In this document: positions 12,018-24,146 of the stretch, in pieces
How positions within the stretch are numbered: position 1 is the stretch's first letter
Layout of the letters: each line of letters opens with the position of its first letter
NCBI GenBank assembly: GCA_013265495.1
Contig: MU058636.1
Location: 3,955,967-3,996,304 of the forward strand
DNA length: 40,338 nt
Source of the DNA: Vicugna vicugna
Taxonomy: Eukaryota
Reading direction: 5' to 3'
The notes under the pieces: generated by a model
The model's input: the letters and a program-made list of their open reading frames with translations, nothing else
What the model was told of the DNA's origin: nothing
Databases searched by the model: none
Program-made: the position numbers and the translations under genes

Positions 12018-12057
12018 AATTTGGAGAAAAGTGGTATATCTAAGAAAAATGATATAG
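12018..12057 (+). CDS. B3GLCT: B3GLCT exon 3 (40 nt), NLEKSGISKKNDI(D)
   Basis: Acceptor aatacag|, donor TAG|gtaagt. Resembles human DLEKSGISRKNDID. Phase 0 to phase 1. Confidence 0.93.
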
Positions 12058-12616
12058 GTAAGTAATGATTTCTCTTTTTTAAACTGAAGAGTGTGTATCC
12101 AGGTGTATTTCTGGTAAATTATATTCCAGTAAAGTGAATTTTGCTTTCTGATTGTATGGGATAAATACTGTTGTCCCGATACTTTGTCTCTGGCCCAGCT
12201 CAGTGTTGAAGGCACAGGGAGAACACTTTTCAGGCTGGCTCACTGGCATTCCATACATGTTGGAAGTTACAGCTCATATATTGGATTTAAGTCCTTTGGC
12301 CACAATTTATTGAGTTTCCAGTAAGGCCAGATTCTGGTACCAGGTGGGCACTGAGGGGGCTGCAGAGGCGAATAAACAGGGTCTGTTCTTAGTGGGAGGA
12401 AAGGATGGCCCTGGCCTTGCCCACGCCCTCCTCCGCCTGGAGCCGGGTGTCCCGCTCGCTGACCCGCGGACAGTGTGTTCCCCTCGGTCCGCTCACCACC
12501 ACCTCTTCTGTCAAGTTCGTCCGGAGATCCCTGGGGTGGAGGCGGCTCCTCGCTGCTGTGCAGACACACCGTGCTTCCCTCACAGCCCGTAAACACCCTC
12601 ACCTGCACTCCTTTTT

Positions 12617-12865
12617 AAAAAAATTTTTTATTGAAGTGTAGTTGATTTACAGTGGCGGTTTCAGGTGTACGCAAAGTGATTCAGTTATATATATACATAT
12701 ATACATTTTCTTTTCAGATTCTTTTTCATTCTAGGCCATTATAAGGTATTGACTATAGTTCCCTGTGCTGTACAGTAGGTCCTTGTTGTTTATCTAGTTT
12801 ACGTATAGTCGTGTGTGTCTGTTAATCCCCAGCCCCTCTGTTATCCCTCCCTCCCCTTTCCCCTT
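12617..12865 (-). mobile_element. Cetartiodactyl-type L1 3' end, 5'-truncated
   Basis: ttattgaagtgtagttgatttaca...aagtgattcagttatatata...tatagttccctgtgctgtacagtaggtccttgttg. Degenerate TSD tgcactcctttt (12604) / tgtactcccttgtt (12866). Confidence 0.88.
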
Positions 12866-13146
12866 TGTACTCCCTTGTTAACACATCTTTCGCCCTCCAG
12901 TGTTTTGTGAGCATCTTCAGGGATGTGACCATGAGTTAGTCTATAGGATGGAGGCTGAGGGCCGTGGGGGCTACCAAAGCAGCTGTCCCAGCAGAATCAG
13001 AGCCAGGATCATGGTCTCACAACACTCAGGGCTGCTGACCAAGTCCAAGGGCGGGCAGTCTTTTTTCCTCTTTTGACTCATTGCCTAATCAATACATTGA
13101 CTAGTGACCATTATTCTTACCACGTACAGCATAACTGGAGTGGCTC

Positions 13147-13495
13147 TGTGTGTGCGTGCATGTGTGTGTGCATATGTATGTGTGTGCTGTATTGTGTGCA
13201 CATGTATTGTGTGTATGTGTCTGCATGTATCGTGTGTATTGTGTGTGTATGTGCATGTGTTTGCATGTATTGTGCTGCGTGTACGTGTGTGTTGTGTGTG
13301 CATGCGTCTGTGTGCATGTATTTGTGCATGTATTTGTGTGTTGTGTGTACATGTATTGTGTGTACGTGCATGTGTATGTGTGTGCATGTATTGTGTGTAT
13401 TGCGTGTGCGTGCATGTATTTGTGTGTGCATGTATTGTGTGCATGTGTGTATATGCGTGCGTGTATGCATATGCTGTGTGTGTGTGTGTGCATGT
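13147..13495. repeat. Degenerate (TG)n / TGCATGTAT compound simple repeat, ~350 bp
   Basis: Near-continuous purine-pyrimidine alternation; source of the C/V/M and H/T ORFs. Confidence 0.95.
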
Positions 13496-15289
13496 TGATC
13501 TCTCAGCCTTAGGTCATAGGCTGCTTGTTACCAGAAGCTTTTGTCAGAAGAACATCACATTGAATTCTCTTCAGAAAAACACCAGCACTAGGAAACTCAG
13601 GTTTCTAGATAATTTCTGACCGGGAGAGGTTAGCATTTAGTAGAGTGTGTGGTGTGTGACATATGCTCAGAAGCGGGGGAATGAGAACCTTTGATCTCTT
13701 TACCTTCACAGAGGGCTTAGTTGTCCTGCAGGGACCCTTCTCTAGCCACCTCTGGTTCTGTTTCCTGAAAGCTCTCTGTGGCTTACGTTGGCTTCAGAGC
13801 TACATGGGTTCCTCTGCTTCCTTGAGTAACATCTTCATCTTCCCCCCCTTGCCTGTCACACTCATCATTACTGTCAGGCACTCATTGTGCGACCCATTTA
13901 TCGCTCATTCCTGGAGGGGAAACAATGACATTCTGTCTGGAGTCGTGGCGGGGTTTGCTAAGGGCAAACTGCAGTGAGTTTAGGGAAGTAGCTTCAGAGT
14001 GATGAGGAAGGAGTGGAATTGTCTTAGGCGGCTCCGTTGACTGGGCGGTGGGATGGCATAAACGGAGAAGACAGCTGCCAAGGCGAGCCCTGGGATCTAG
14101 ACTCAGCCAGGATGCGATTTGGTTAGGATGTCTGTCAGGAAATATTTCTTGGTGCTGATACAAAGAACAGCAGGAATTTGAGAACCAAATTGTACTGTCC
14201 TGGTTCTTTTCTGGGATGGGGGTGGGGCTTAATGGCATGGAAGTGATTTTCTGTCATTCATTACATCAGGGCTGTGGGACCTGGGTGCACCTTCCTCTTC
14301 TGCCTCATCGCAGGAAACTCCCCTGCACGCGTCCCACTCCTCATCCAGCTGCGCCTAACTGATGTTTTCAGGGCCCCACCTCCACTTCCTGTCCCAGACC
14401 ATCCCTGCTCTCTCTGTTGGGAAAGTTCTCCCACCCTCTCTCTGGGTGTCCCCAGGGTCGGTGTCCTTATCCCATCCCCCGGGGAGGCCCTGCTGCCTGG
14501 GGGCCCAGGTGGTCTGGGACCCTTCCCCAGTTTGAAGGCTGTTAATCTGTAGACCCAGCCTCTCCGCATGTCATATAAATCCTCCAGGATCGGGTCTGGC
14601 TGACCCAGCCTTCCTCTCCGACTATCACTGACTGTTCCCTTCATCCGTTTCCCAGAAATGCCGGATAAACTCCCCGGTCACCTACTTGGGGATGCTATAG
14701 AGATAAGGTGGGCTGTGGGCTCCAGGATCCCCTCCCTTCTCTCTCTTCCTCCTGTCTGCTGCCTTCTGCACCTGAGTCTGCAGAAACTGCTGCATTTTAA
14801 AGGAGACTCAGGAAGCACCCCTTCCCAGAAACTCCCCAGGGCCAGCTCCCCCACCCCTGTCCCCTACGCTCCAGACCCCCCACGGGGCTCGGCGGAGAGC
14901 TCGCTGCCTGGTGATGAGATGGCTGAGCGGGACTCAGGCCCTCCTGTGCTGGGGCTGAGCCCGCTCCTCTGCATGTCTGGACCCTCATGCTTAGGAGGGG
15001 CTCGGAGGTGTTGCTGAAGGAGCTCACGTCACACGCATGAGGGAAGCACATGAAAAAGCAAGTGACCACTCAGTAGCAAAGGGAACAACTTACAGCACAG
15101 GACCTGATACAGGAGAAGGGGAAGAATTCTCACCAAGCTCGTCCCCGCGCAGAGGAGCCATTGTGCAAATGCGGAGCTTTGCGGATCTGCTAGAACAGGG
15201 GGCAAGAGTTGATTCCTGCGGGGTTAGCCTTTTGACAGGTGCAATTGCGCTTTTAAAAAATTCAGTATGACTTATTTTGAACCTATCGG

Positions 15290-15830
15290 AGGCTATAGAG
15301 AGTAACAGAATGAACAGCCTTGTATCTACCACCCTGATTAAGAAATAAAACATTCCTAGCACAGCCGAAGCCTTTAAACCATTATCCTGGTTTGGTGTTT
15401 AGCATTCTCATGTAGTCTTTCGTACTTCCATGTCGTAGTTAATTGGACACATGTATATATATAGCATGTGTCCGTCTTACATATATTTGTGTTTCTATTT
15501 TTGCAAAGCGTTGGTTTATACTGTATGGTTATGCCTTTGCAGCCTGCTTTTTCTGCCATTCTCTGGGTAGGGTTCGTCTACGATGTCCATGTAGATCGAT
15601 CCGTGGAGTGCTGGTTAATCTTTATTGCTGTGTTGCGGTCCAGTTGGGGTATCTCATCAGTGGGTGTCTGGTTTGCTTCCAGCCTTTTCTTTCTACTCAG
15701 GGCTGCCGTGAGCACTGTGCTTGTGTGTCCTGTACCCATGTGTGAGAGTTTCTTGAGGATGACTAATAGGGGTGGAATTTCTGGGTCATTGGAAATGTGC
15801 ATCTTCAACTTTATTACATTTTGCAAAAAT
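15290..15830 (-). mobile_element. Old L1 (L1ME-like) 3' fragment
   Basis: ctaccaccctgattaagaaataaaacatt...ggtttgcttccagccttt...gctgccgtgagcactgtgcttgtgtgtcc...ggtggaatttctgggtcattgg is typical antisense L1ME. Confidence 0.7.
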
Positions 15831-16741
15831 TATTCTGAGGTTTATTGACTCCATTGTTAACAAATGTGAATCTTTTTCAGTTTGGTAAGTCAGCTGTGCT
15901 AGTGTTTCAGAGGTAGTGGACTGAAGGTTATGTGTCAGTTAGAAATAGAAGACACCCATTGAGCCTTAGCCGGATGTCTGATTTGTAGAGCCAAGAAGCC
16001 AGTTTAAAGCAGAGATAGGTATGTGGGGGGCTCATATTTATCTAAACGCCTACAGAGAAGGAGTTAGGTCATATTCTATAGGTTGCTCAGTATTTCCTTG
16101 TGCATTTTTGAGTTTTAAGCAATGAGCACTTTGGATTATTTTGGGGATCTAGCTGGCTTACTGTGGAGCTGTTTGTTGTATGAATATTTGAGTGAATAAA
16201 TGAATGGAACTGTGGAACTAAACATGAGAATGATAAAATAGAACAGAATAAAATTAAAACGAGTTAAAAGCTCACGGTGGCGGGGAGGATCCCCACGTTA
16301 ACTTACTGTCAACCTGGCTGGAGGCTGAAGTTCTATGTCGCATGTGCCTTCGGCCAACACCTCTGTCTGGAGGCAGGGTCTCGACACAGTGGCTGTTTCT
16401 TTACTTTGTCATAAGCTCAGAACCCAGACAGGTGTGATGTGCTTCTCCAGGGTGGGGCCTGAGCCTCCATCTGGGGCCAGACCTCTGATTGCCTACCTGG
16501 TCAGGAGGCCAGGACATAGCTGGGCTGCCTCCCTCCCCGCCCACCTGTCAAAGCGCTGGCTGCCCTGCAGCGGGTCTCCAGCTGGGAGGCAAGTACTTCT
16601 CTACAGCACCTCCTGCCCCAGCCTTGTTGCCGTGGAATCTTGGCTCTTGTCCTGGAGATAACACTTCGCTCTGGCCAGGTGCCTTGTGAGGTCCCTGCTG
16701 AGTGTCACCTTAAAGGGCCGTCTAGAACATGCTTGAGGTGG

Positions 16742-17094
16742 TGTCTTAGTTCGCTAGGATGGCCGAAACAAAGTGCCACCAATTGTGTGGCTTAAACAGA
16801 CACCTGTCTCCCGGTTCTGGAGGCCTGGTCGGTTTCCTCTGAGGCCTCCGTCCTTGGCTTGAAGGTGGCTGTCTTCTCCCTGTGTCTTCACAGTCTCCTC
16901 CCCCGTGGGTCTCTTGTTCAGATTTCTCCTTTTTATAAAAACACCGGATACATTGGATTAGGACCTAAATTAATAACCTGGCTTTAACTTGGCTACTTCT
17001 GTGAAGACCCACTTCCAAATAAGGCCATGCTCTGAGGTCCTGGGGGCTAGGATTTCAGCATACATAGTTTGGGGGACACAGTTCAACCCCTAAT
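16742..17094 (-). mobile_element. MLT1 (ERVL-MaLR) solo LTR
   Basis: tgtcttagttcgctagg...aaagtgccacc...ggcttaaac...gttctggagg...cattggattagga...ttccaaataagg...tgaggtcctgggggctaggatttcagcata...ggggacacagttcaaccc. Confidence 0.88.
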
Positions 17095-17508
17095 GGGCAA
17101 CAACACACTGTAGGTTTATGTGTGAATTGTTCAAAGGCTTCTTGCAAACACTTGATTTTCAGGGACGAGGGAGGTGAGCGCTCCAGGCAGTTTCACCCTT
17201 TCCTCCATGTTTACATTTGCATTCTTGACAAATGTGGCAGCAAATTCAGTTTGTTACCCCAGACTTGGTCTAGCACAGCGAGCTTATTTACTTGCTGACT
17301 GCTAGGAAGGAAGTTTCAGAGATCAGTTTTAAAAGAGAGATTTTGTCCCTAGAATTACATATAAATTGATTTTGCCCCGGAACAGTTTATTGCCTGAAGG
17401 CTTGCCTTGTGGGCTGGCTTTTTCGTCGTTGTTGTCCACTTGTTTTCAAGTTTATTTCAGTTATTGTTAGAAAAAAGTCTGAAAACTTTTTTGTTGTTGT
17501 TGTTCTAG

Positions 17509-17618
17509 ATTTAAAAGAAATTGTATTTGTCATCCAGAGTCAAAGTAATTCTTTTCATGCAAGAAAAGCAGAACAGTTAAAAAAAAGCGTCTTAAAGCAA
17601 GCTGCAGATCTTACACAG
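17509..17618 (+). CDS. B3GLCT: B3GLCT exon 4 (110 nt), (D)[36 protein letters not shown]
   Basis: Acceptor gttctag|, donor CAG|gtatgt. Lies within ORF 17409..17714 and is near-identical to the recalled human [37 protein letters not shown]. Confidence 0.96.
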
Positions 17619-19879
17619 GTATGTGGAGACGGCCTGGGGTGTCTGGTAATTACTTATTTCTTGATGCATCATGTTCCCAAAGCTCTTGGTCCGCAGAGAA
17701 TCAACTTTATTTAGATGAAGATACCTCTTCTGATTTGTTTCGCTGGCTTAATAGGGACTATTTATTGTTTAAAATGCTCTAGTTATTCCTAATACTCAAA
17801 GCATCATATTCTAAATTATTATATGTGTATTTTAAGAGAATCATATAAATGGTATGGGACTATCATGGTTTTGTCAAGAAGTGTGATAGAAAAAATTGGA
17901 AAAAATAACTTTTTAAAGGCAGGGTTTAAAATAGCATAGATAATTAACTTTTAAAATTTTGGTAAGAAGTCCTATGGCAATTTTTAGGTTGAAATAACAT
18001 TTTCATTAACCTTAGTGTGGTGCTTCGTCCATGGGTCTCTTAATCTGTTTTTTAATTGGATATTATTAACTGAACTTTCGATTTGATTTATAATGTAATA
18101 TCTGAGAAGGATTATGGAGAGAAAGATCGACACAGACAGGTACATTGTAATAATGTTTGAAACAGGCGTGAACTGAATTTAAACCTGTTCTGAATAATGC
18201 TGGGGTTTGGAGCAAAGGAAGAGCTGCCTTCTTGTGCTGCTGCTCGGAGCTTGCTTCTTAGGCAAGTGGAGAAATTCCTCCAGCCTTGGAGACAGACGTG
18301 CTTGTCCGGAGGCAAATAGGGCCGTTTCTCGGTTCTCTCAGCAAAAGCTCTTTGCCCAGAGACCCGTGTGCTTGACACATGGCTTGCTTTCTGTTTTGGG
18401 GCACTTGGAAATAAAGGGTTGGAAATACCAGTGGAAAAATTAACAACCTTAATGGCCTTCAAGGTTAAGCCCTGCTGACTTGACAGTAGAGTTTATTGTG
18501 CTTAATCTTTAGATGCTTTGCGGGCAAAGTTCATCCAGCCTCCCTGAGTCCCTGCAGGGACGGATCCTTGGCTCCTCTGCCGTGGGACATCATACCTTCT
18601 CCAGGGAGAGGGAAGAATTGCAGGCACCAGGCAGTGTTTTTGGTAACTGGAAATGGGAGCAGCTTGATGAGTTTACCATTCTCCTTGGCCTGGAAACCCA
18701 ACTTTGGGGATTTTCTTCTACTCAGTTTTTTAGATGCCGTCAGGATGGAAGACACGCAGCAACCTTGGGGCCGGGCTTCCTCCGTGGGTCCCGGTGGAGG
18801 CGCCTGTGGCGGGGGGACGGGAAGGGGGAGCCCACACAGCCCCCGGGTCCAGGCTCAGCATTCGTGGAATCGAGCCCAGCCAGCCTTGGCACTCCCCCCA
18901 GCTGTGTGATCAGTGGTGACGTCAGGGCGGAGTTACGTATCGTTTGAATTCGTGTATGAATTAAGGGCACATGTATCTCTGGGACTTGTACGCTCGTTCC
19001 CAGAAGCACCTTCCCTCTTGTAGACGCAGACTCACGTGTGATGAGAGTATGTGTCTTCCCCCTTGAATCCATGCTGTTAGTCCTGTGGTCAGTGTGGATG
19101 CCTACACACTTTGCCAGCCAAGGCCAGCTGAGTGAGTATGCCCCAGTACTTCCTTTACTGTTTATCAGCTCCTTTTTTGTGGTTTTTTGGGTTAAACTTT
19201 TTCTTGTGTGTGCAAATCGCTACTCATCACTGGCTCCCTGCCTGCCTTTCCCCCTCCACTCTTCTGGGAAGAGGCGTTTCCTGGGAGCTGGGGGCAGGAC
19301 AGTGCTCCCGGGACTTGGTTTACAGTGGGGAAGAGGTGTGTGGGCACCGCTTGGTGGAAAGCAATGTAGATTATAAAACATTCCTCCTTCTTTTCTGCCC
19401 CACAGGCAGAGGTACGCCTGGGGGCTGGGAATACCTGCTCCTTCGGGAGGCCCGGGGGCTCTGTAGGGGTCAGGCCCAGGACTGCTGGTTCTTAAAACTG
19501 TCTGGAGGTTCTGGGGAAGATGGTGACAGGTTCCCGTCTCAGCCAAGCTTGGCACGTTTAGGAATGGAGAATGGGCATGTCTCTTGGGCTTGTCTCTTGG
19601 GAATTGAGGCAGGACAGCAGTCCAAGAAGGTGTGGATCCAGCAGACCCCTGGGAACCTCCCATGCTCATTGCCTTTTGCCAAGACAGCCTCCCAGAGCTT
19701 GTTAACCAAAGTCCCCATCCCTGATCCCATCTTCATTCCCTGCCACTCGTCCCTTTGCATTTTATTTGCCAGTAATTTCAAACTCTTCGTGGTCCCTGGG
19801 GTCACCTGGTTGTGTCACACTGCTGTGGCCTTGCATGTGATGACCTTCGTCTTGACAAGCTCCCGTATCCGGTGAAGCC

Positions 19880-20100
19880 TTTCTGTGCACTGGCTTGATC
19901 TACGGGGACAGATCACTTCCTCTTTGCTTCCACTTTAAGCGTATACTTTACACTTTGGACTGTTTTTATTTGTTACATCTTTGTCTCTTTTATGAATTTT
20001 GAGAGCAGAGAATGTGTCTGATTTGTTTCTGATTCTTCAGAACCAAGCACAGAGCTTTCCATGCACTGAACCTGAGTCCTCAGTGAATGTTAATTAAACT
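19880..20100 (+). mobile_element. LINE-2 3' end fragment
   Basis: tgagagcagagaatgtgtctgatttg...aagcacagagc...ctcagtgaatgttaattaa. Confidence 0.5.
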
Positions 20101-20149
20101 GGATCCCTGAAATTCATGGTCTCATTTTTCCTTACTCTCTTTTCTTTTT

Positions 20150-20495
20150 GATTTCTTTTTTTTTTACTTTTTAAAATTGAAGTATAATCAATTACAATGT
20201 GTCAGTTTCTAGTGTACAACATAATGTCCCAGTCATGATATATATATACATATATTCATTTTCACACTCTTTTTCATTAAAGGTTATTACATGATATTGA
20301 ATATAGTTCCCTGTGCTATACAGAGAAATTTGTTTTTTAAATCTATATTTATATATAGTGGCTAACATTTGCAAATCTCAAACTCCCAAATTTATCCCTT
20401 CCCACCCCCTTTTCCCCTGGTAACCAAAAGATTGTTTACTGTGTCTGCAAGTCTGTTTCTGTTTTGCAGATGGATTCATTAGTGTCTTCTTTTTT
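20150..20495 (-). mobile_element. Cetartiodactyl/camelid-type L1 3' end
   Basis: T-rich tail then ttgaagtataatcaattacaatgtgtcagtttctagtgtaca...gaatatagttccctgtgctatacag...caaactcccaaatttatccct...ctggtaacc. Clearly related to the 12617 copy. Confidence 0.88.
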
Positions 20496-21395
20496 TCCCT
20501 TTTATTTCTCTTACAGTATGGTCACCTTTGACCACACACACGCCCCCACATCCACACACACACACTTGTCTTAAGTTACAGGTTCTTTGAGGCAGGTTCT
20601 TTGGCTTGCTCTGCTTTTGATTCCTCCACGGCACCTTAAATGTAGTGTGGATTCAGCATATGGCAGTTGAACTGAATCCAGAAGAAACTGAACAAATGAA
20701 AACTAAATATTACTTTGAGTAGATTATTTTTTCTATTAAAATTTTGGGGAGTAGTTCTTAAATGGATAGTGGCCAGCCCCTCTCGTATTAAATATAATGT
20801 CTATTTTACTTCTCCCTGTGAAACCAGAGTTTAGGGGGAAGAGCAGAATAAAACACTGAGCATGAGTTGGTGCTCTGAGAGTCTGATTTCATGATTAAGT
20901 GAATCTTTGAGAGGCAGTATGGAAAAGCACCAGAAAATTCACTGACTGCTTTCACGAAGACTGCATAACAATGACTAAGGAAGGTGGAGCCTTACTCCCC
21001 CCAACACAGTCCATTTGAGGGGCAGGGGCTGGCAGCTCTGGTCTGGTTTCTTCCGTCTTGTGACTTTGCCATAGGCTCAGGTGTCTGGTCCTTATCTGTG
21101 TGGTTGGAGCTGGCTTACCGCCCTTACATGTGCATTCTCATGTGTGGAGGACGAGGATCCTTTTAAGGATGTGACCTTGAAGTTGTATGCTCAACATTAG
21201 AAACTGTATTTTCATGGATGCGCGAGTCTCAGCTTTTAAAACTCAGAAAACTGTTCCATTTCTCGAAAGTATTGAACATTTTTAGCACTTTATTCTGTGC
21301 TTCTATTTAGTTTCAGGGTGCTTATACTTAAATTTTTGTTGTCCTTTACATTTATAACTTGCAGTTTAGACCACCTATTTAGCCAGTGACTTAAA

Positions 21396-21414
21396 TGGCC
21401 ACTAGGTGGCAGTA
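21396..21414 (+). promoter_or_regulatory. CTCF core motif (TGGCCACTAGGTGGCAGTA)
   Basis: Fits the CCASYAGRKGGCRS consensus at every position. Occupancy is unknown. Confidence 0.7.
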
Positions 21415-23951
21415 TTGGCTTTGCATTTAAAGACACCTAATTAAGCAATCTCATCAAGCAAACACCTCTCCCAGCACCTACTTTCTGTGATAATAAATGG
21501 AGCCTAGACTAAACCAATGGAAACCTCCCTTTAATTATCAGATAGCCTGTTTTTCTTATTCCAAAATTCTTTCCCTGGTGGACCCCAGCTCTGAGTACTG
21601 AAGTAGTTATGAAGGGACTTTATTCTAGCACTTGGGTTTAAACTGCTCACAAGATCCAGGGTGCTCTGTTACGACTCAGGTAATTTCACATTTGGGTTAA
21701 CAAGTCTTTCGGTAGTTGAGCTGGCCAGGAGACTTTACAGTGTGCGGTCGTGTGTGATACTAGTTCATTTTTTCCTCTTTATAGTGTTCTTTATGTCACA
21801 TATGTAATTGCAAGTTGAATTTATTCCATGCATAGCGTTTTGGAGAGCCACAGATTGTTGACAGCTCACATTGGGTCTGTGGACAGTTCTTGGAGCAATG
21901 CTGAGCTACCTGGACCTAGAACTACACACAGATAAAGAAGATTAACTGCAGAGAATTAAATGCTGAGATGCACAAAACATAGGGCATCAAAGTCGCTTTA
22001 AAGAGGCAGGTAATGGCTCCCTAGTTACAACTTAACTGGAATTTGTATTTTTAAGAAACTGACATATTCTTGAGAAAGAATTGATAGCTTAGTTGTCAGC
22101 CGTGGAAGCGGAGGATGGTTGAGTTCAAGGCAGAGCTGTCGGGGCACCCCAGCCCTGTGGTGGGGAGCGGGTGGCTCCCCCTCCGAGGGGTCAGTCCCGT
22201 GGTTTGCCAGGTGTGTGCTGTGCCTCTGATGGAGTGGGATGTCCCCTGGGCCCTGAACCCTGAAGTCTTTAGGTTGCAGTTTTGCTTTTCTCCATAGATT
22301 TGCCCACCATGAGCTTTCACAAAAGCTGCTTATGGGGGAGGAATCAGCGGTAGGTTTTATCATCTGAATATTTATCTGATAGCCCAAAATATCTGTTCCT
22401 CCCACAGTGCCAGATGTCTAGAACTGCTGTTTATTTATTCATTATACCTATTGAGTTGCACTCTACTATGAAATCTGCCAAAAATTGAGGTGCAGAAAAG
22501 TAACAGTTTCTGGGGTTACGCACCTGCTTCTAACTGTTCTCTTCTGCTCTGGCAAGTCAGTGTGCTCTTATTAAAAACACAAACACTTTTCATGCTTCTC
22601 ATGTGAATAGAAAAAAAAAAGAACTTTCTATCTGAAACTTAATACTGTGCTTGGGGTTGTTACTGGAGTGGTGACACTGTTTCCCTTGTTTTCTGAAATA
22701 ATCTGGGTCATTGTGAGTTGTCACTCCCATCTCCAGTTTTGAAGATTTTAACGCAGTCTGTAATGGTTTTGAAGCTAATAATGGGTTATTTCTTCTAATC
22801 AGGAAGCCCGCAGACTTTACCAAGTGCTTTCTGTGTTCAGAGAACCATTCTAGATTGCTGTGGAACCAAGAGTTAGAGAGCAATTAGAGAAGATACTGTG
22901 GTTCCTTGAATCACTCATAAGGTAGATGGTAACAGCCTCATAATAGAAGTGACTCTATCATTAAGTAGAAATTAGAAGTCCAAAATAAATGCATTAAAAT
23001 GTTTATCCAACAAATATTAATTGGCCATCTGTAGCTGTAGGAGGTACTTGTGAATATAAAAGGACATCTCTCCATAGGACCTGGGCCCTTGAGAAAGTGA
23101 TGCTCACAGAGCTGTTTAGGAAGGAGAGTGATGTATAAAAACATGAGTAAGTCTAGTGCTGACTGTGCCTGTGAAGCCTGGGAGGATAAAGAAGGAAGAC
23201 TTTTGTCAGGTCAGGGAGGAGAGACAGGAAGTTAGCTGGAGGGATGTCAGCTGAGAACAGCGATCGGATCCGGAAGACAAAGACGCTGACTGTCAGGACG
23301 GTCTGCTGCTGGGATGCCCGGGGGACCTGGAGTCTGTGGCAGGCGGCACAGTCTGGGGGATGAGTAACGCGTGTATTAACAGGAGGAGTGAGCTTTTTAG
23401 ATTGAAATGGGTGGAAAGTAAAGCTGGGGAGGCGGGGGATGTGGCTGACCAATACGGGTTCCTAAATGCACATCTGTACTTACAAGAATACAGATGTGGA
23501 AGAAGTGCTCCTTTTTTCCCCTGAGTTTTCTCCCTGCGTTACAGATGGAAGGGGAATGCGAAGTTATAAAGATTGACTGTTTAAAGAGGTGCGTGAACAA
23601 AAGCCAGGTGGAGGTGAGGCCACGGAAACCTGGAAGGAGAGTTTGTATGACAGTCTCCGGGTTAATCAGGCTCTTCAGTGGATTTCATTTTAAGCACCTA
23701 TTATGTGCATAGCATCTGTGCACCAATTATGATTTGACTTTTATTTTTTTTTGAACTTGAAAAAATTCCTTCTTGAGTGGATGTTTGTGTGGAAGTTCCT
23801 TTTTTTTTTTTAAACCTAAAAGGGGCACAGACAGCTCAGTCCCTGGTGAAGACTCTATTGGAGAACCCTGTTTATGTTGTGCTGGAGAGGCTGTCATCTG
23901 AGAGTCTTTTTTTTCCCCATGGGACCTGGGACCCAGTGACCAAGGCTGATC

Positions 23952-24146
23952 CTAGATTGAGATAATTTTTTTGTTTGTTTTCATTTTAACTTATTCTCTG
24001 CAGTTAAAAGTGAAAACTAGAACACGATACAGCCCTACCACAGAAGCTTTAGATACAGTGTTGATCAGTTTTGAAGCAGTGACAGTGAGTAATCATTGCA
24101 CACACTCCTCATCTCTAACTTTACATCTAGATTGAGATGATTTTTT
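23952..24146 (-). mobile_element. Unidentified ~155 bp segment flanked by a 20 bp direct repeat (putative TSD-flanked retro-insertion)
   Basis: ctagattgagataatttttt (23952-23971) and ctagattgagatgatttttt (24127-24146) match at 19/20. A T-rich tract adjoins the left copy. Confidence 0.55.

Noticed and set aside
13073..13619. Cys/Val/Met-rich and His/Thr-rich ORFs on both strands
   Set aside because: Translation artefacts of the TG simple repeat.
19132..19875. Longest ORF in the track (247 aa)
   Set aside because: Non-ATG start, no recognisable domain, intronic GC-rich context; most likely chance.
24060..24115. C/D box snoRNA-like motifs on the minus strand (ATGAGGA or ATGATTA ... CTGA) inside the orphan insertion
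   Set aside because: Box C is imperfect, spacing is short and the terminal stem is minimal; not supportable without an Rfam or snoscan hit.
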